NCBI GenBank assembly: GCA_963841215.1
Contig: CAWJBW010000003.1
Coordinates: forward strand, 680,269-744,268
DNA: 64,000 nucleotides
Origin: an uncultured Actinomycetes bacterium
Lineage (GTDB): Bacteria > Actinomycetota > Acidimicrobiia > IMCC26256 > PALSA-610
Reading direction: 5' to 3'
Part shown: positions 53,556-62,808 of the stretch, in pieces
Position numbering within the stretch: position 1 is the stretch's first letter
Layout of the letters: every line of letters begins with the position of its first letter
Translations under genes and position numbers: made by a program
The notes under the pieces: generated by a model
The model's input: only the letters and a program-made list of their open reading frames with translations
Database searches by the model: none
What the model was told of the DNA's origin: nothing

Positions 53556-53845
53556 GTGCGCAGCGCCCGCGCAAGGCGTCCGAACCGGCCGACCGCGCGT
53601 CGGCGCCCGGCGACGGGTCGCGACTTCTGGGGCATCGAAGACGTTGACGAGGAGGTCGTCGAGGCAATCAGACCGACCGACGATCCCGCGGCGATGATCA
53701 AGTCCTTGGGCCTCCGCCGATTCAGGGCTACGAGAGGGCCGCGGAGCAGTACTTCGACGCCGTATACGACAAGGCCGTAGCGCTCGCCGTCGCGCTCGCC
53801 GCCGCGAACGGTCTGCTCGCCGTCGGCGATCAGGACGAGGAGTAG
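53552..53845 (+). CDS. small acidic hypothetical protein coupled to the SNF2 helicase (two frame switches)
   Basis: GTG 53552 overlaps the SNF2 stop (GTGA). Pieces SAQRPRKASEPADRASAPGDGS / RDFWGIEDVDEEVVEAIRPTDDPAAMIKSLG / PPIQGYERAAEQYFDAVYDKAVALAVALAAANGLLAVGDQDEE. Confidence 0.5.
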
Positions 53846-53895
53846 CGGAGGGAACGCTGAGGGGTAGCGCTGAAGGACCGCAGAGCCGCGACGGA

Positions 53896-54366
53896 ATGTC
53901 TCTGGATGCCGCGTCCCTCGCTGCAGAATCGCCACGCTCATGGCACGCAGGATCGTCGTCGACGACATGTGTTACATGGAGCCGATCGGCGTCGATGACA
54001 TCGGCCAGGGCTCGCGCCGGACGTTGCCGCGAGACTTCAGCTCGGCGATGGGCAGGTTCCGCAAGACCCTTCGGCGAGTCGACCACGCTCGTAGCCTGCT
54101 GCACCCGGCGCCTCGACGGCGCGCGGAGTCACTGCTGCGCATGACCGATCGACCCGTCACCGACATCTGCTGGTCGGTCGGCCTGCAGAGCCTCGGGTTG
54201 TTCACGACCAGCTTCACCCGCACCTACGGCATGTCGCCGACCCGTACGGGCGACGTACCCACCCGCAGCGATCCACGCACGGGTACCGGCCTGCGTGCGG
54301 CGGTTCTACGGACATCCGCAACACCGCACGTTTCGAGAAGCGGGTGCGAAGGCGGTCCGTCCGTGA
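53896..54366 (+). CDS. AraC-family HTH transcriptional regulator (short type); frame-disrupted, boundaries approximate
   Basis: MEPIGVDDI..., SRRTLPRDFSSAMG, RAESLLRMTDRPVTDICWSVGLQSLGLFTTSFTRTYGMSP is the classic double-HTH AraC C-terminal domain. A VOC gene follows, a common pairing. Confidence 0.6.
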
Positions 54367-54415
54367 GCGCTGGTCGCAACGCCAACGAGCGACGACTGCG
54401 ACGAGGAGGACCGTG

Positions 54416-54844
54416 ATGAAGATCGGTAACGCACAGGTGTGGGTGCACGACCAGGACGAGGCGATCGCCTTCTACACCGAGAAGCTCGGCATGGAGGTCC
54501 GGGCTGACGCCAGCTTGCCCGAGATGGGCGACTTCCGCTGGGTGACGGTCGCTCCTCCGGGCCAGGACGACGTCGCCATAGTGCTGATGGCGATCCCTGG
54601 CCCCCCGATGATCGACGAGGCGACCGCGCAGCAGATTCGCGACCTGATGGCGAAGCGGCTTGCGCCGGCACGGTGTTCCTCACCACCGACGACATGCCGA
54701 CGCCGAGTACGAGAAGCTCGCATGCGTGGGGCGTCGAGTTCACCGAGACGCCCGAGGAGAGTGCCCTACGGCATCGACTCGGGCTTCCGCGACCCGTCGG
54801 GCAACTCGTTCCGGCTCACACAGGTCACGGAGGACTGGGCGTAG
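54416..54844 (+). CDS. VOC/glyoxalase family protein (four frame switches within about 130 bp, 54650-54780)
   Basis: MKIGNAQVWVHDQDEAIAFYTEKLGMEVRADASLPEMGDFRWVTVAPPGQDDVAIVLM..., then alternate frames GTVFLTTDD / AEYEKLA / GVEFTETPEES, then PYGIDSGFRDPSGNSFRLTQV. Confidence 0.75.
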   Translation: MKIGNAQVWVHDQDEAIAFYTEKLGMEVRADASLPEMGDFRWVTVAPPGQDDVAIVLMAIPGPPMIDEATAQQIRDLMAKRLAPARCSSPPTTCRRRVREARMRGASSSPRRPRRVPYGIDSGFRDPSGNSFRLTQVTEDWA

Positions 54845-54905
54845 CCGCGCCGCGGCGTCCTCAGGGATCGGTCGCAGGTGCAGGCTTGGGAGGCCAAGGT
54901 GCCCC

Positions 54906-55135
54906 TCACGAGCGTCCTCTGATGGACTCATCAACCCGACATGGTTGCCGTCCGGGTCGACGAGGAGAGACGGCGTAACGAGCACCCCAAAAGGCGTCGT
55001 ACGGCGGTTGTGCTCGCACGTACCCAGCTCCGGGCATCTCCGCGTACCGTTCGAGCCGAAGCCGTCGCCGGGCGGGACGGCTGAGCATGTCTCGTAGAAC
55101 GCGACCTTCATAAAGTCGTAACGGGGTCGACGCAT
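54906..55135 (-). pseudogene. VOC-family remnant
   Basis: Reverse frames give YDAFWGARYA and LLVDPDGNHVGLMSP, the C-terminal beta-strands of a glyoxalase fold, without an intact N-terminal half. Confidence 0.4.
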
Positions 55136-55184
55136 TCAGCCACATCGCTGGTTGCAGACTGCTCGACATGCCTCGCGGGGGAGC

Positions 55185-55628
55185 ATGAGTGAGCTTCTGA
55201 CAATCGAACGCGTCGCGGTGCTGCAGCGCGTCGCGTTGTTCGGTGACGTTCCCGGGCACACGTTGGTCGCGGTTGCGCGCCTGCTCGAGGAGGTGCCGTT
55301 CGACGACGGTGCCACGGTGATCGAACGCGGCAACGTCGAGGACTGGCTCTTCGTCGTTGCCGCGGGCCGCGTCAGAGTGCACATTGGCGACCGGACCGTG
55401 ACCGAGACCGGCCCGGGCGGTGTCGTGGGCGAGTTCGCCGTTGTCGCGCCCGCGCCGCGGTCGGCATCGGTCACGGCGGTCGAGCCCAGCTTGCTGCTCC
55501 GCCTCCGGCGGGGGCCGTTCGAGGAGTTGCTCGACGACCGTCCCGAGATCGCACGAGGCGTGATCTCGACTTTGGCGCGGCTCTTGCAGGCCGCGGCCGA
55601 CCACGGAGTCGAGACGGTCGAGGCGTGA
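55185..55628 (+). CDS. cyclic-nucleotide-binding domain protein (stand-alone cNMP domain)
   Basis: Intact 147 aa: LFGDVPGHTLVAVARLLEEVPFDDGATVIERGNVEDWLFVVAAGRVRV...GPGGVVGEFAVVAPAPRSASVTAVEPSLLLRL (GE..A...RSA phosphate-binding cassette). Stop overlaps the next start (GTGA). Confidence 0.85.
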   Translation: MSELLTIERVAVLQRVALFGDVPGHTLVAVARLLEEVPFDDGATVIERGNVEDWLFVVAAGRVRVHIGDRTVTETGPGGVVGEFAVVAPAPRSASVTAVEPSLLLRLRRGPFEELLDDRPEIARGVISTLARLLQAAADHGVETVEA

Positions 55629-58399
55629 TCGAACCCGAACGCAGTCGCGACGCCCCCTCCCGACGGATCGTCTTGCTCGCCGAGCAGGCGTTTGCGCTCG
55701 GCTTGACGGCGGCGTGGATCACGATCCCGGCGACCGCGATCTTCCTCGAGGTCTACGGATCGGAGCTGCTCCCGCCGACGTACATCGCCGCGGCCGTCGT
55801 CGGAGTGTTGTCGAGCATGGGCCTCGCGGCGGCCCTGCGGCGGCGCCCGCTCGCATCCGTGGCGACGGTCGTCCTGGCCGGACTGTCGATCGCCCTGGTT
55901 GCTGCGTGGATCCTGCTCAGGGCCGCGGATGCCGATTGGGTTTCGTTCGCGCTGCTCGCCCTGATCCCGATCGTGGTGCCGGTCGGATTCGTGTTCGTGG
56001 TCGGCCAGGCCGGGATGCTGCTCGACGTTCGCAGCCTCAAGGCGCTCTACGCGCGGGTCGTCGCAGGCTTCGCGCTCGGTTTCGTGGCGGGCGGTCTCGC
56101 CGGCCCGGCGCTCCTCGCGGTGCTCGGCGCGACTGCCGACCTGCTGATTGCGGCTGCGGGGGCGGCCGCGATGTTCCTCGGGCTCGTGGTCGCGACCCGC
56201 CGCCGATATCCGGCGGAGCTCTCAGTGGTGGAACACGGTGAGGAGGGTGCGGAGCGCCCGACGCTCCGCACGCTGTCGCGGAACCGCTACGTCCTGCTCA
56301 TCGTCGCCTTCCAGATGCTGTCCGCAATCGAGAGCCAGTGGCTCGACTTTCTCGTGTTCGAGCGTGCCGCGCAGCGCTACGACGACAGCAGCGAGTTGGC
56401 CAGGTTCATCAGCCGCTTCTCGGCCATCGCGTACGGGACCGACATCCTGTTCCTGCTGGTCCTGGCCGGGTTACTGCTCCGGCGCTTCGGATTGCGTTAC
56501 GGGCTCACGGCAAACGCGGTCGCCGTGCTGACGGTATTGGGCGCGGTCGTCGTCGCCTCGTCCATTGGGGGCTCGTCCACCACAATCGTGTTCGTCCTGA
56601 TCGTGGCCGCGCGTGTCACCGACCTGACGTTCAGCGACGGAACCTCGCGGACCTCGTTGAGTGCGGCCTACCAGGCGGTACCCAACCGGCTGCGCGCGGT
56701 CGCCCAAGCGACTGTCGAAGGCCTCGCGGTCCCGGTAGCCATCGGCATCAGCGGCGTGGGTCTGCTCGCGGTCGAGTGGGCCGGAGGCGCGGACGGTCTG
56801 ATGCTGCCGGTGCTCACCAGTGTCGTCGTGGTGGCGTGGATCGTCGTTGCGAGCCTGTTGTACCGCGAGTACCGGACGAACCTCCTCAAGAGCCTGAGGG
56901 GTCGCATCCTCGACCCGGCCGACCTGGCCGTCGAGGGTGAGAGCAGTCTCATCGCGATCGATCGGCTCGTGGGCAGTGACGACGAACGTGACGTGCGGCT
57001 CGGGCTCGACCTCCTCACGACGGCCCGGCATCCCGAGTTGCCGGCGCGACTTCAGCGCCTCGTTGTCGACGAGCGCGTCAACGTGCGCACCGACGCGCTC
57101 GAACGTCTTGTGCATTTGGCCCCGCAGATGGCGGCGGTGGCTGCACGCGCGGCTCTCGACGATCCTTCTGCGGATGTGAGGGCGGCGAGCATTCGCGTGC
57201 TCGGCGTGGCAGGCACACCGACCGACCTGGCGCGAATCGCGGCGTGTTCGAACGACGTCAGCATCGACGTGAAGGTCGCGGTCGCGTTCGCGTTGACGCG
57301 CATGGGTGACGACGCGGTGCGGACTGACGTCGCGTCCGAGATCTCTCGGCTCGTCCGCTCGGATTCACCCTGTGATCGCACGCTCGCGGCGCTCATGCTG
57401 GGCGAGCACGGACCGGACACGGCGATGGACCGGGCCCCGCTTCGCACGCTGCTCTCCGATTCAGACTCCGACGTCGTGAACGCCGCGCTCGCCGCGTGCC
57501 GATTGCAGGACGACACGGATCTGCTCGCGGAGGTTGTGCGCCGGCTCGACAACCGGCGGACAGCCGGCGCGGCAGTCGATGCCTTGGTGCGGGGCGGAGA
57601 TGCTGCGCTGGTCGTCGTCGACGAGGGTCTCGGCGGAGGTGAGCTCAGTCGGCGAACGCAGGAGTTGCTCGTGCGGATCGGGCGGGAGATCGCAGGATCG
57701 CGTTCTACCGCGGTGCTGCGCCGGCACGTCGAGCATCGCGACCGTGAGGTCGGGCTCGCCGTCATGAGCGCGGTCGCGGCGCTGGGACCATCCGGCGCAG
57801 ACGACCGAGCTCTCTCGGAACCCGCGGTGGTCGCGGAGGACCTCGTGCACGCGACGCATGTCTTGCGCGCGCTCGTCGCCTTCGCCGACGAGGCTTCGGC
57901 GACCATGCTCTGCGACGCGCTACGGGACGAACTGGACCTCCTTCGGAAGCGTGTCCTGGCGGCCTTGTCGATGCGGCACGGAACGGAGGGTTTGAGCCGG
58001 GTCGTCTTCCAGCTTGCGCAACGAGACGCGCGGTCCCATGCCCTCGCGCTCGAGTGGCTCGACGCGACCTTGACCGGCACGGATCGGGCGGTGGTCGCGC
58101 TCCTCGAGCCCGGGTTGTCCGACCGTGACCGCATGGACGCACTCATCCGGAGGTTTCGTGTCGCGCCGCTCGATCGGCGCGGGATCTTGCACGACCTGGC
58201 GGAAGACGGTGACGAGAGGTGGCGGCGGCCATGGATCGCGGCTTGTGCGATCTACGCCGCGTCGGAAATGCCCGCTGTGAATCTCCGGGAGATCGCCGAC
58301 GTCGCGCGCGCCCCCATGGCGCTGCGGGCCGCCGAGGAGGACCACATCGTGGCCGAGACGCTCGACGGCATACTGCGCCGCCGTAGCGCTCGTTCGTGA
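55625..58399 (+). CDS. 924-aa membrane protein: N-terminal 11-12 TM transporter-like domain (MFS/TLC nucleotide-carrier-like) plus C-terminal HEAT/ARM-like repeat domain
   Basis: Intact ORF. Residues 1 to about 440 are hydrophobic helices. The remainder is a helical repeat region with recurring D..VR.AA...L elements (DPSADVRAASIRVLG, SDSDVVNAALAAC). Confidence 0.75.
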   Translation: MIEPERSRDAPSRRIVLLAEQAFALGLTAAWITIPATAIFLEVYGSELLPPTYIAAAVVGVLSSMGLAAALRRRPLASVATVVLAGLSIALVAAWILLRAADADWVSFALLALIPIVVPVGFVFVVGQAGMLLDVRSLKALYARVVAGFALGFVAGGLAGPALLAVLGATADLLIAAAGAAAMFLGLVVATRRRYPAELSVVEHGEEGAERPTLRTLSRNRYVLLIVAFQMLSAIESQWLDFLVFERAAQRYDDSSELARFISRFSAIAYGTDILFLLVLAGLLLRRFGLRYGLTANAVAVLTVLGAVVVASSIGGSSTTIVFVLIVAARVTDLTFSDGTSRTSLSAAYQAVPNRLRAVAQATVEGLAVPVAIGISGVGLLAVEWAGGADGLMLPVLTSVVVVAWIVVASLLYREYRTNLLKSLRGRILDPADLAVEGESSLIAIDRLVGSDDERDVRLGLDLLTTARHPELPARLQRLVVDERVNVRTDALERLVHLAPQMAAVAARAALDDPSADVRAASIRVLGVAGTPTDLARIAACSNDVSIDVKVAVAFALTRMGDDAVRTDVASEISRLVRSDSPCDRTLAALMLGEHGPDTAMDRAPLRTLLSDSDSDVVNAALAACRLQDDTDLLAEVVRRLDNRRTAGAAVDALVRGGDAALVVVDEGLGGGELSRRTQELLVRIGREIAGSRSTAVLRRHVEHRDREVGLAVMSAVAALGPSGADDRALSEPAVVAEDLVHATHVLRALVAFADEASATMLCDALRDELDLLRKRVLAALSMRHGTEGLSRVVFQLAQRDARSHALALEWLDATLTGTDRAVVALLEPGLSDRDRMDALIRRFRVAPLDRRGILHDLAEDGDERWRRPWIAACAIYAASEMPAVNLREIADVARAPMALRAAEEDHIVAETLDGILRRRSARS

Positions 58400-58553
58400 G
58401 CGCGCTGTCGCTCTGCGCACAGAAGCATCCCGCGCGCTCATCGCCGCGCTCGTCGCCTGACATTCGCACCACGTCCGCCCGATCCGCGATGTATCGCGGG
58501 CGTATCGAAAATCGCATACGCCACCGCAACGGTCTTCCGTCTTCAGTGGAGGC

Positions 58554-59192
58554 ATGGGCGACAGCGCATCACCGTCGGGGCCAGCCCGTCGTACGCGCAG
58601 GATCGTGCGCGTCAGTCTGGCGATCCTCGCTGTCGCGATCTCTGCGTTCGTCGTGCGGCCGTCACTCGTGGCGTCGGCTCCGTCGAGCTCGTCGGCCGCA
58701 GTTGGCCAGTCGACCGGTACGCAGACCGCGCTGGACGAAGGTGACGGTGTCATTCCCGACGGGGCGGCGGTCTCGGTGTTCGATGAGGAGAGACCGGCGG
58801 TGGGCAAGCTCGACCCGGATCTCCTCGATGTCTTGCGTCGGGCGGCGACGGACGCAGAGGCCGACGGCGTCAGGCTTTGGGTCAACAGTGGTTGGCGGTC
58901 GCCCGAGTATCAGCAGCAGTTGTTGCGGGACGCTGTCGTCGAGTACGGCTCGCGGGAAGAGGCCGCGCGGTGGGTGGCCACTGCGGAGACGTCTGCTCAT
59001 GTGTCGGGTGAGGCGGTCGACATCGGCCCGTTCGATTCCGCGGCTTGGCTATCCGAGCACGGTGCCGCGTACGGGCTGTGTCAGATCTATGGCAATGAGC
59101 CTTGGCATTACGAACTGCGGCGCGATGCTGTCGACGACGGTTGCCCACCGATGCATGCGGATCCGACTGCGGACCCGAGCATGCAGCCGTGA
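58554..59192 (+). CDS. M15-family D-alanyl-D-alanine carboxypeptidase (VanY-like)
   Basis: N-terminal TM anchor, then VNSGWRSPEYQQQL, SAHVSGEAVDI (SxHxxGxAxD), EPWHYE (ExxH). Confidence 0.85.
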   Translation: MGDSASPSGPARRTRRIVRVSLAILAVAISAFVVRPSLVASAPSSSSAAVGQSTGTQTALDEGDGVIPDGAAVSVFDEERPAVGKLDPDLLDVLRRAATDAEADGVRLWVNSGWRSPEYQQQLLRDAVVEYGSREEAARWVATAETSAHVSGEAVDIGPFDSAAWLSEHGAAYGLCQIYGNEPWHYELRRDAVDDGCPPMHADPTADPSMQP

Positions 59193-59297
59193 ACTTGCCG
59201 CCGTCGCGCTTCAGCGCCGATCAGGTCACTTCACCATGCCTGGGGCGTGCCTGGTTCGATTACGTCGGCGATATGCCGTGCTCCTTAGGCTTTAGTC

Positions 59298-59993
59298 ATG
59301 CGCGTGCTGATCGTGGAGGACGAGCCATTCCTGGCCGAGGCTGTCCGTGACGGTCTCCGGCTGGAAGCGATCGCCGCCGACATCGCGGGCGACGGCAACA
59401 CGGCCCTGGAACTGCTCGGCATCAACTCCTACGACCTCGCAGTGCTCGATCGCGACATCCCCGGCCCCTCCGGCGACGAGATCGCGCGACGAATCGTCGC
59501 CTCCGGCAGCGGCGTCCCGATCCTCATGCTCACCGCTGCCGACCGGATCGACGACAAGGCTTCCGGGTTCGAGCTCGGCGCCGACGACTACCTCACCAAA
59601 CCGTTCGAGCTTCGGGAGCTCGTCATGCGGCTCAGGGCGCTCGACCGCAGACGCGCGCACGCCCGACCCCCGGTCAGTGAGATCGCGGGCCTCCGGCTGG
59701 ATCCCTTCCGCCGGGAGGTCTTTCGCGACGGACGTTACGTCGCGCTCACCCGGAAGCAGTTCGCCGTGCTCGAAGTCCTCGTCGCCGCCGAAGGTGGTGT
59801 CGTCAGCGCCGAAGAGCTACTGGAGCGGGCCTGGGACGAGAACGCCGACCCCTTCACCAACGCCGTTCGCATCACCGTCTCCGCATTGCGCAAACGACTC
59901 GGCGAACCACGGCTCATCGCCACGGTGCCCGGCGTCGGCTATCGAATCGACACCGGCATGGAGTCCGCCCTTCCTGGCAGTACTCATGAATAG
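59298..59993 (+). CDS. OmpR/PhoB-family response regulator
   Basis: MRVLIVEDEPFLAEAV..., phospho-acceptor LAVLDRDIPG, LMLTA, GADDYLTKPF, winged helix TRKQFAVLEVL...VPGVGYRI. Confidence 0.9.
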   Translation: MRVLIVEDEPFLAEAVRDGLRLEAIAADIAGDGNTALELLGINSYDLAVLDRDIPGPSGDEIARRIVASGSGVPILMLTAADRIDDKASGFELGADDYLTKPFELRELVMRLRALDRRRAHARPPVSEIAGLRLDPFRREVFRDGRYVALTRKQFAVLEVLVAAEGGVVSAEELLERAWDENADPFTNAVRITVSALRKRLGEPRLIATVPGVGYRIDTGMESALPGSTHE

Positions 59994-61287
59994 ACGCCCG
60001 GGGCTCAGCGCCCGACTGAAACTCACCATCAGTTACGCCGGATTCGTGCTCCTCGCCGGCGCTCTCCTGCTGGCCGTCGTATGGGTGTTCCTGCTGCGCT
60101 ACGTACCCGACCGCGCCGGCGCTCCCGGGGCCAACCGCTCCGACCTCGTGCGCGCGTTCGCCCCCGCCGCGGCCACAGCAATGGCCTTCCTCCTCTTGTT
60201 CGGCCTCCTGGGAGGATGGATCCTCGCCGGCCGGATGCTCGCACCACTCACACGAATCACCGACGCGGCACGGATGGCCGCGAACGGATCACTGTCCCAC
60301 CGAATCCGCATGGAAGGCGCCAACGACGAGTTCCGCGAACTCGCCGACGTGTTCGACGCCATGCTCGAACAACTCGAATCCCACGTCACCGAGCAGCAAC
60401 GATTCGCCGCGAACGCGTCCCACGAGTTGCGCACGCCGTTGGCAATCTCGCAGACACTCCTCGACGTCGCCCGCAGCGACCCAACGCGAGATCAGGGGGA
60501 ACTCATCGAACGCCTCCACACGGTCAACACGCGAGCGATCGACCTCACCGAGGCCCTCCTGCTGCTCAGCCGCGCCGAGCGCGGCAGCTTCACCCGCGAG
60601 CCCGTCGACCTCTCCCTCATCGCCGAAGAAGCCACTGAAACGCTGCTTCCCCTCGCCGAACAGCGCCGGATCACGTTCGACGTCGCCGGCGAGACAACAC
60701 AGACCGTCGGCTCCGCGGCGCTTCTACTGCGGATGGTGACGAACCTCGTCCAGAACGCCATCGTCCACAACCTCCCCGCCGGCGGCACCGTCACGGTCCA
60801 CACCGAATCGCAAGACGATGCGAGTGTGCTGCGGGTCGCGAACACGGGCCACGCGCTCCCATCGGAGCTCGTACCGACCCTCACCGAACCGTTCCGACGC
60901 GGAACGGAACGCACACGCACCGACGGGCATGCCGGCGTCGGACTAGGGCTGGCCATCGTGCACAGCATCGTCCGAGCACACGACGGGACGCTCGACCTCA
61001 CACCCCGCCCCGCCGGCGGTCTCCTCGTCACGATTCGACTTCCCGGCACGGCGCAGGCATCGTGCCGGAGCGTCGGCTGCACTCCAGCGGGCACCGCTGA
61101 ACTCGGCGGCCGACATGCACCCGGACACTTCGCGCGCTCCGTGATGAAGCGGTTCGGGGCAGCCGATTCAGCCGGGCTGGCCGCGATTGGGTCGGGCGTG
61201 GAATCGATCACGAGGCAGCGACCGCCTGAACCCAGGCGGAACACCTTGCCGCGTTCGCGGTCACGCAACTCCGGGGACCTCCGCTGA
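59986..61287 (+). CDS. sensor histidine kinase (two TM, HAMP, HisKA, HATPase_c); C-terminal about 75 aa may be read-through
   Basis: H-box FAANASHELRTPL, N-box LVQNAIVHN, G-boxes VANTGHALP and GVGLGLAIV. The catalytic domain ends near 61050. Confidence 0.85.
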   Translation: MNRRPGLSARLKLTISYAGFVLLAGALLLAVVWVFLLRYVPDRAGAPGANRSDLVRAFAPAAATAMAFLLLFGLLGGWILAGRMLAPLTRITDAARMAANGSLSHRIRMEGANDEFRELADVFDAMLEQLESHVTEQQRFAANASHELRTPLAISQTLLDVARSDPTRDQGELIERLHTVNTRAIDLTEALLLLSRAERGSFTREPVDLSLIAEEATETLLPLAEQRRITFDVAGETTQTVGSAALLLRMVTNLVQNAIVHNLPAGGTVTVHTESQDDASVLRVANTGHALPSELVPTLTEPFRRGTERTRTDGHAGVGLGLAIVHSIVRAHDGTLDLTPRPAGGLLVTIRLPGTAQASCRSVGCTPAGTAELGGRHAPGHFARSVMKRFGAADSAGLAAIGSGVESITRQRPPEPRRNTLPRSRSRNSGDLR

Positions 61288-61364
61288 CGGATTCGGCGAT
61301 CGTTACGATTTCTCGTAGCGCGCGCTCGTGCGCCCAGCAAAGCATCCAGGCCTGTTCAGTGCGG

Positions 61365-61806
61365 CTACCGCCGCTGCGGAAGATGGAACGCGAGCGCCGA
61401 GATGACGATCGCCCGCGGCCACGACGTGCGCCAGCGCCAGCGTGACCTGGGTTGCGGTGTCGGCATCGGCCGTCACGACCGGCCCGAACGACAGGACCGT
61501 GAGCACGACGGTCGTCACGACGAATGTCCGAGCGGGACGCTTCGCCCACCGGGCGAACGCGTACGCCATACCCACGCCGACTGCCGACCAGAGCAGCGTG
61601 ATGAAGGCAAACGCCGGAATTGGGATCTCGTCACCGTCGACTTCGAGGGGAATGTCGATCGCGTCGGCGACGAGCGCGACGGCCGCAGCCCCCACTGCGG
61701 CAGCGACGGCAGCAGCAACGCCGACGAACCACAACGGGCGAGCTCGGGTCGGGGTCGGGGTCGGGGCGGAGCGGGCAGTCGAAGAGTCCATTGTCGTCGA
61801 CGCCAT
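61365..61806 (-). CDS. four-TM membrane protein (DUF6069-like, tentative), probable SoxR target; frame switch near 61400
   Basis: MASTTMDSS...RPLWFVGVAAAVAAAVGAAAVALVADAI...FAFITLLWSAVGVGMAYAFARWA...TFVVTTVVLTVLSFGPV. The corrected tail AIVISALAFHLPQRR stops near 61365 (literal ORF 61303..61842). Confidence 0.6.
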
Positions 61807-61854
61807 TGGGATTCCTCCTATCCGTGACAACTCTAGGTACACGGCGACCGTAAG

Positions 61855-61878
61855 ACCTCAACCTCACTTGAGGTCAAG
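61855..61878 (-). promoter_or_regulatory. SoxR box within a TTGACC -35 promoter, upstream of the membrane-protein gene and divergent from soxR
   Basis: Reverse strand reads CTTGACCTCAAGTGAGGTTGAGGT: inverted repeat ACCTCAA-N6-TTGAGGT overlapping TTGACC, the same architecture as the E. coli soxS operator (CCTCAAGTTAACTTGAGG). Confidence 0.7.
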
Positions 61879-61974
61879 ACTCGAACGATAGCTGCGTTCG
61901 GCCTCCGTGAGGGCCCAGGGCGGTTGTCTAAAGTTCACTCGAGGTCTATGCACGTCGTATCCTCCGCGCGGCAT

Positions 61975-62421
61975 ATGGAAACAGAGCTTCTGAGCATCGG
62001 CGCGATGAGTGAACGCACCGGAGTGGCGCCCTCTGCGCTGCGCTTTTACGAGTCCGAGGGGCTGATCCACTCGACGCGAACGGAAGGAGGACAGCGAAGG
62101 TACGCACGCGAAACCATTCGGCGGGTTTCGTTCATTCGCGTGGCGAAAGAGGTCGGCCTGAGCCTCGAAGACATCGGCGAGGCCCTCGCATCGCTGCCCG
62201 AGCGACGAACGCCCAACAAGAAGGACTGGGAGCGCCTCTCGAGCGCGTGGCGTCCCCGCATCGAGCACCAGATCCGCGTCCTGGAACGTCTGAGCGATCG
62301 CCTCACCGGATGCATCGGGTGCGGGTGCCTCTCATTGCAGGCGTGTCGCCTGCTCAATCCCGGAGACGAAGCTGCGGAACGCGGGCCCGGGCCGCGCTAC
62401 GTACTCGACGACGACGACTGA
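61975..62421 (+). CDS. soxR: redox-sensitive MerR-family activator SoxR
   Basis: MerR HTH LSIGAMSERTGVAPSALRFYESEGLI and the diagnostic [2Fe-2S] cluster motif CIGCGCLSLQAC. Confidence 0.9.
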   Translation: METELLSIGAMSERTGVAPSALRFYESEGLIHSTRTEGGQRRYARETIRRVSFIRVAKEVGLSLEDIGEALASLPERRTPNKKDWERLSSAWRPRIEHQIRVLERLSDRLTGCIGCGCLSLQACRLLNPGDEAAERGPGPRYVLDDDD

Positions 62422-62426
62422 CGCGT

Positions 62427-62789
62427 TCAGTTGACCGAAACGCCCCGGCGCACGACGACGCGATCGTAGTTGCGTCGCATCAACTCGATGATGTCACGCA
62501 CGTCGGCGTCCGTTTCGATCTCGCGAGCGGCGGGACCGCGCTTGTCGGGAAACACGGGGTGCGGCACGATGCGCCCTTCTGCCCGCAGTTCATCCCACAT
62601 CGCGTGGGGGAAGCTGAAGTGCGCGGCGTGGTCGCCGTGTACGTGGCCGATCTCGCGGCCCGCGACCTGGAACGCGACCTCGCCGAGCTCGCCCGTGTCG
62701 ACCTCGACTCCCGGCCACGATCCGACTGCTTCGGTGATCTTCTCGCTTGCGGTTGGTTCGCTCGGCATCGGTAGCTCCTCTACTCGCAC
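62427..62789 (-). CDS. luciferase-domain (DUF5519-like) small protein, probable SoxR target
   Basis: WPGVEVDTGELGEVAFQVAGREIGHVHGDHAAHFSFPHAMWDELRAEGRIVPHPVFPDKRG...DVRDIIELMRRNYD. Likely start MPSEP at 62768. Confidence 0.7.
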   Translation of the reverse strand: MRVEELPMPSEPTASEKITEAVGSWPGVEVDTGELGEVAFQVAGREIGHVHGDHAAHFSFPHAMWDELRAEGRIVPHPVFPDKRGPAAREIETDADVRDIIELMRRNYDRVVVRRGVSVN

Positions 62790-62808
62790 GTCGAGCCCTC
62801 AGCATAAG

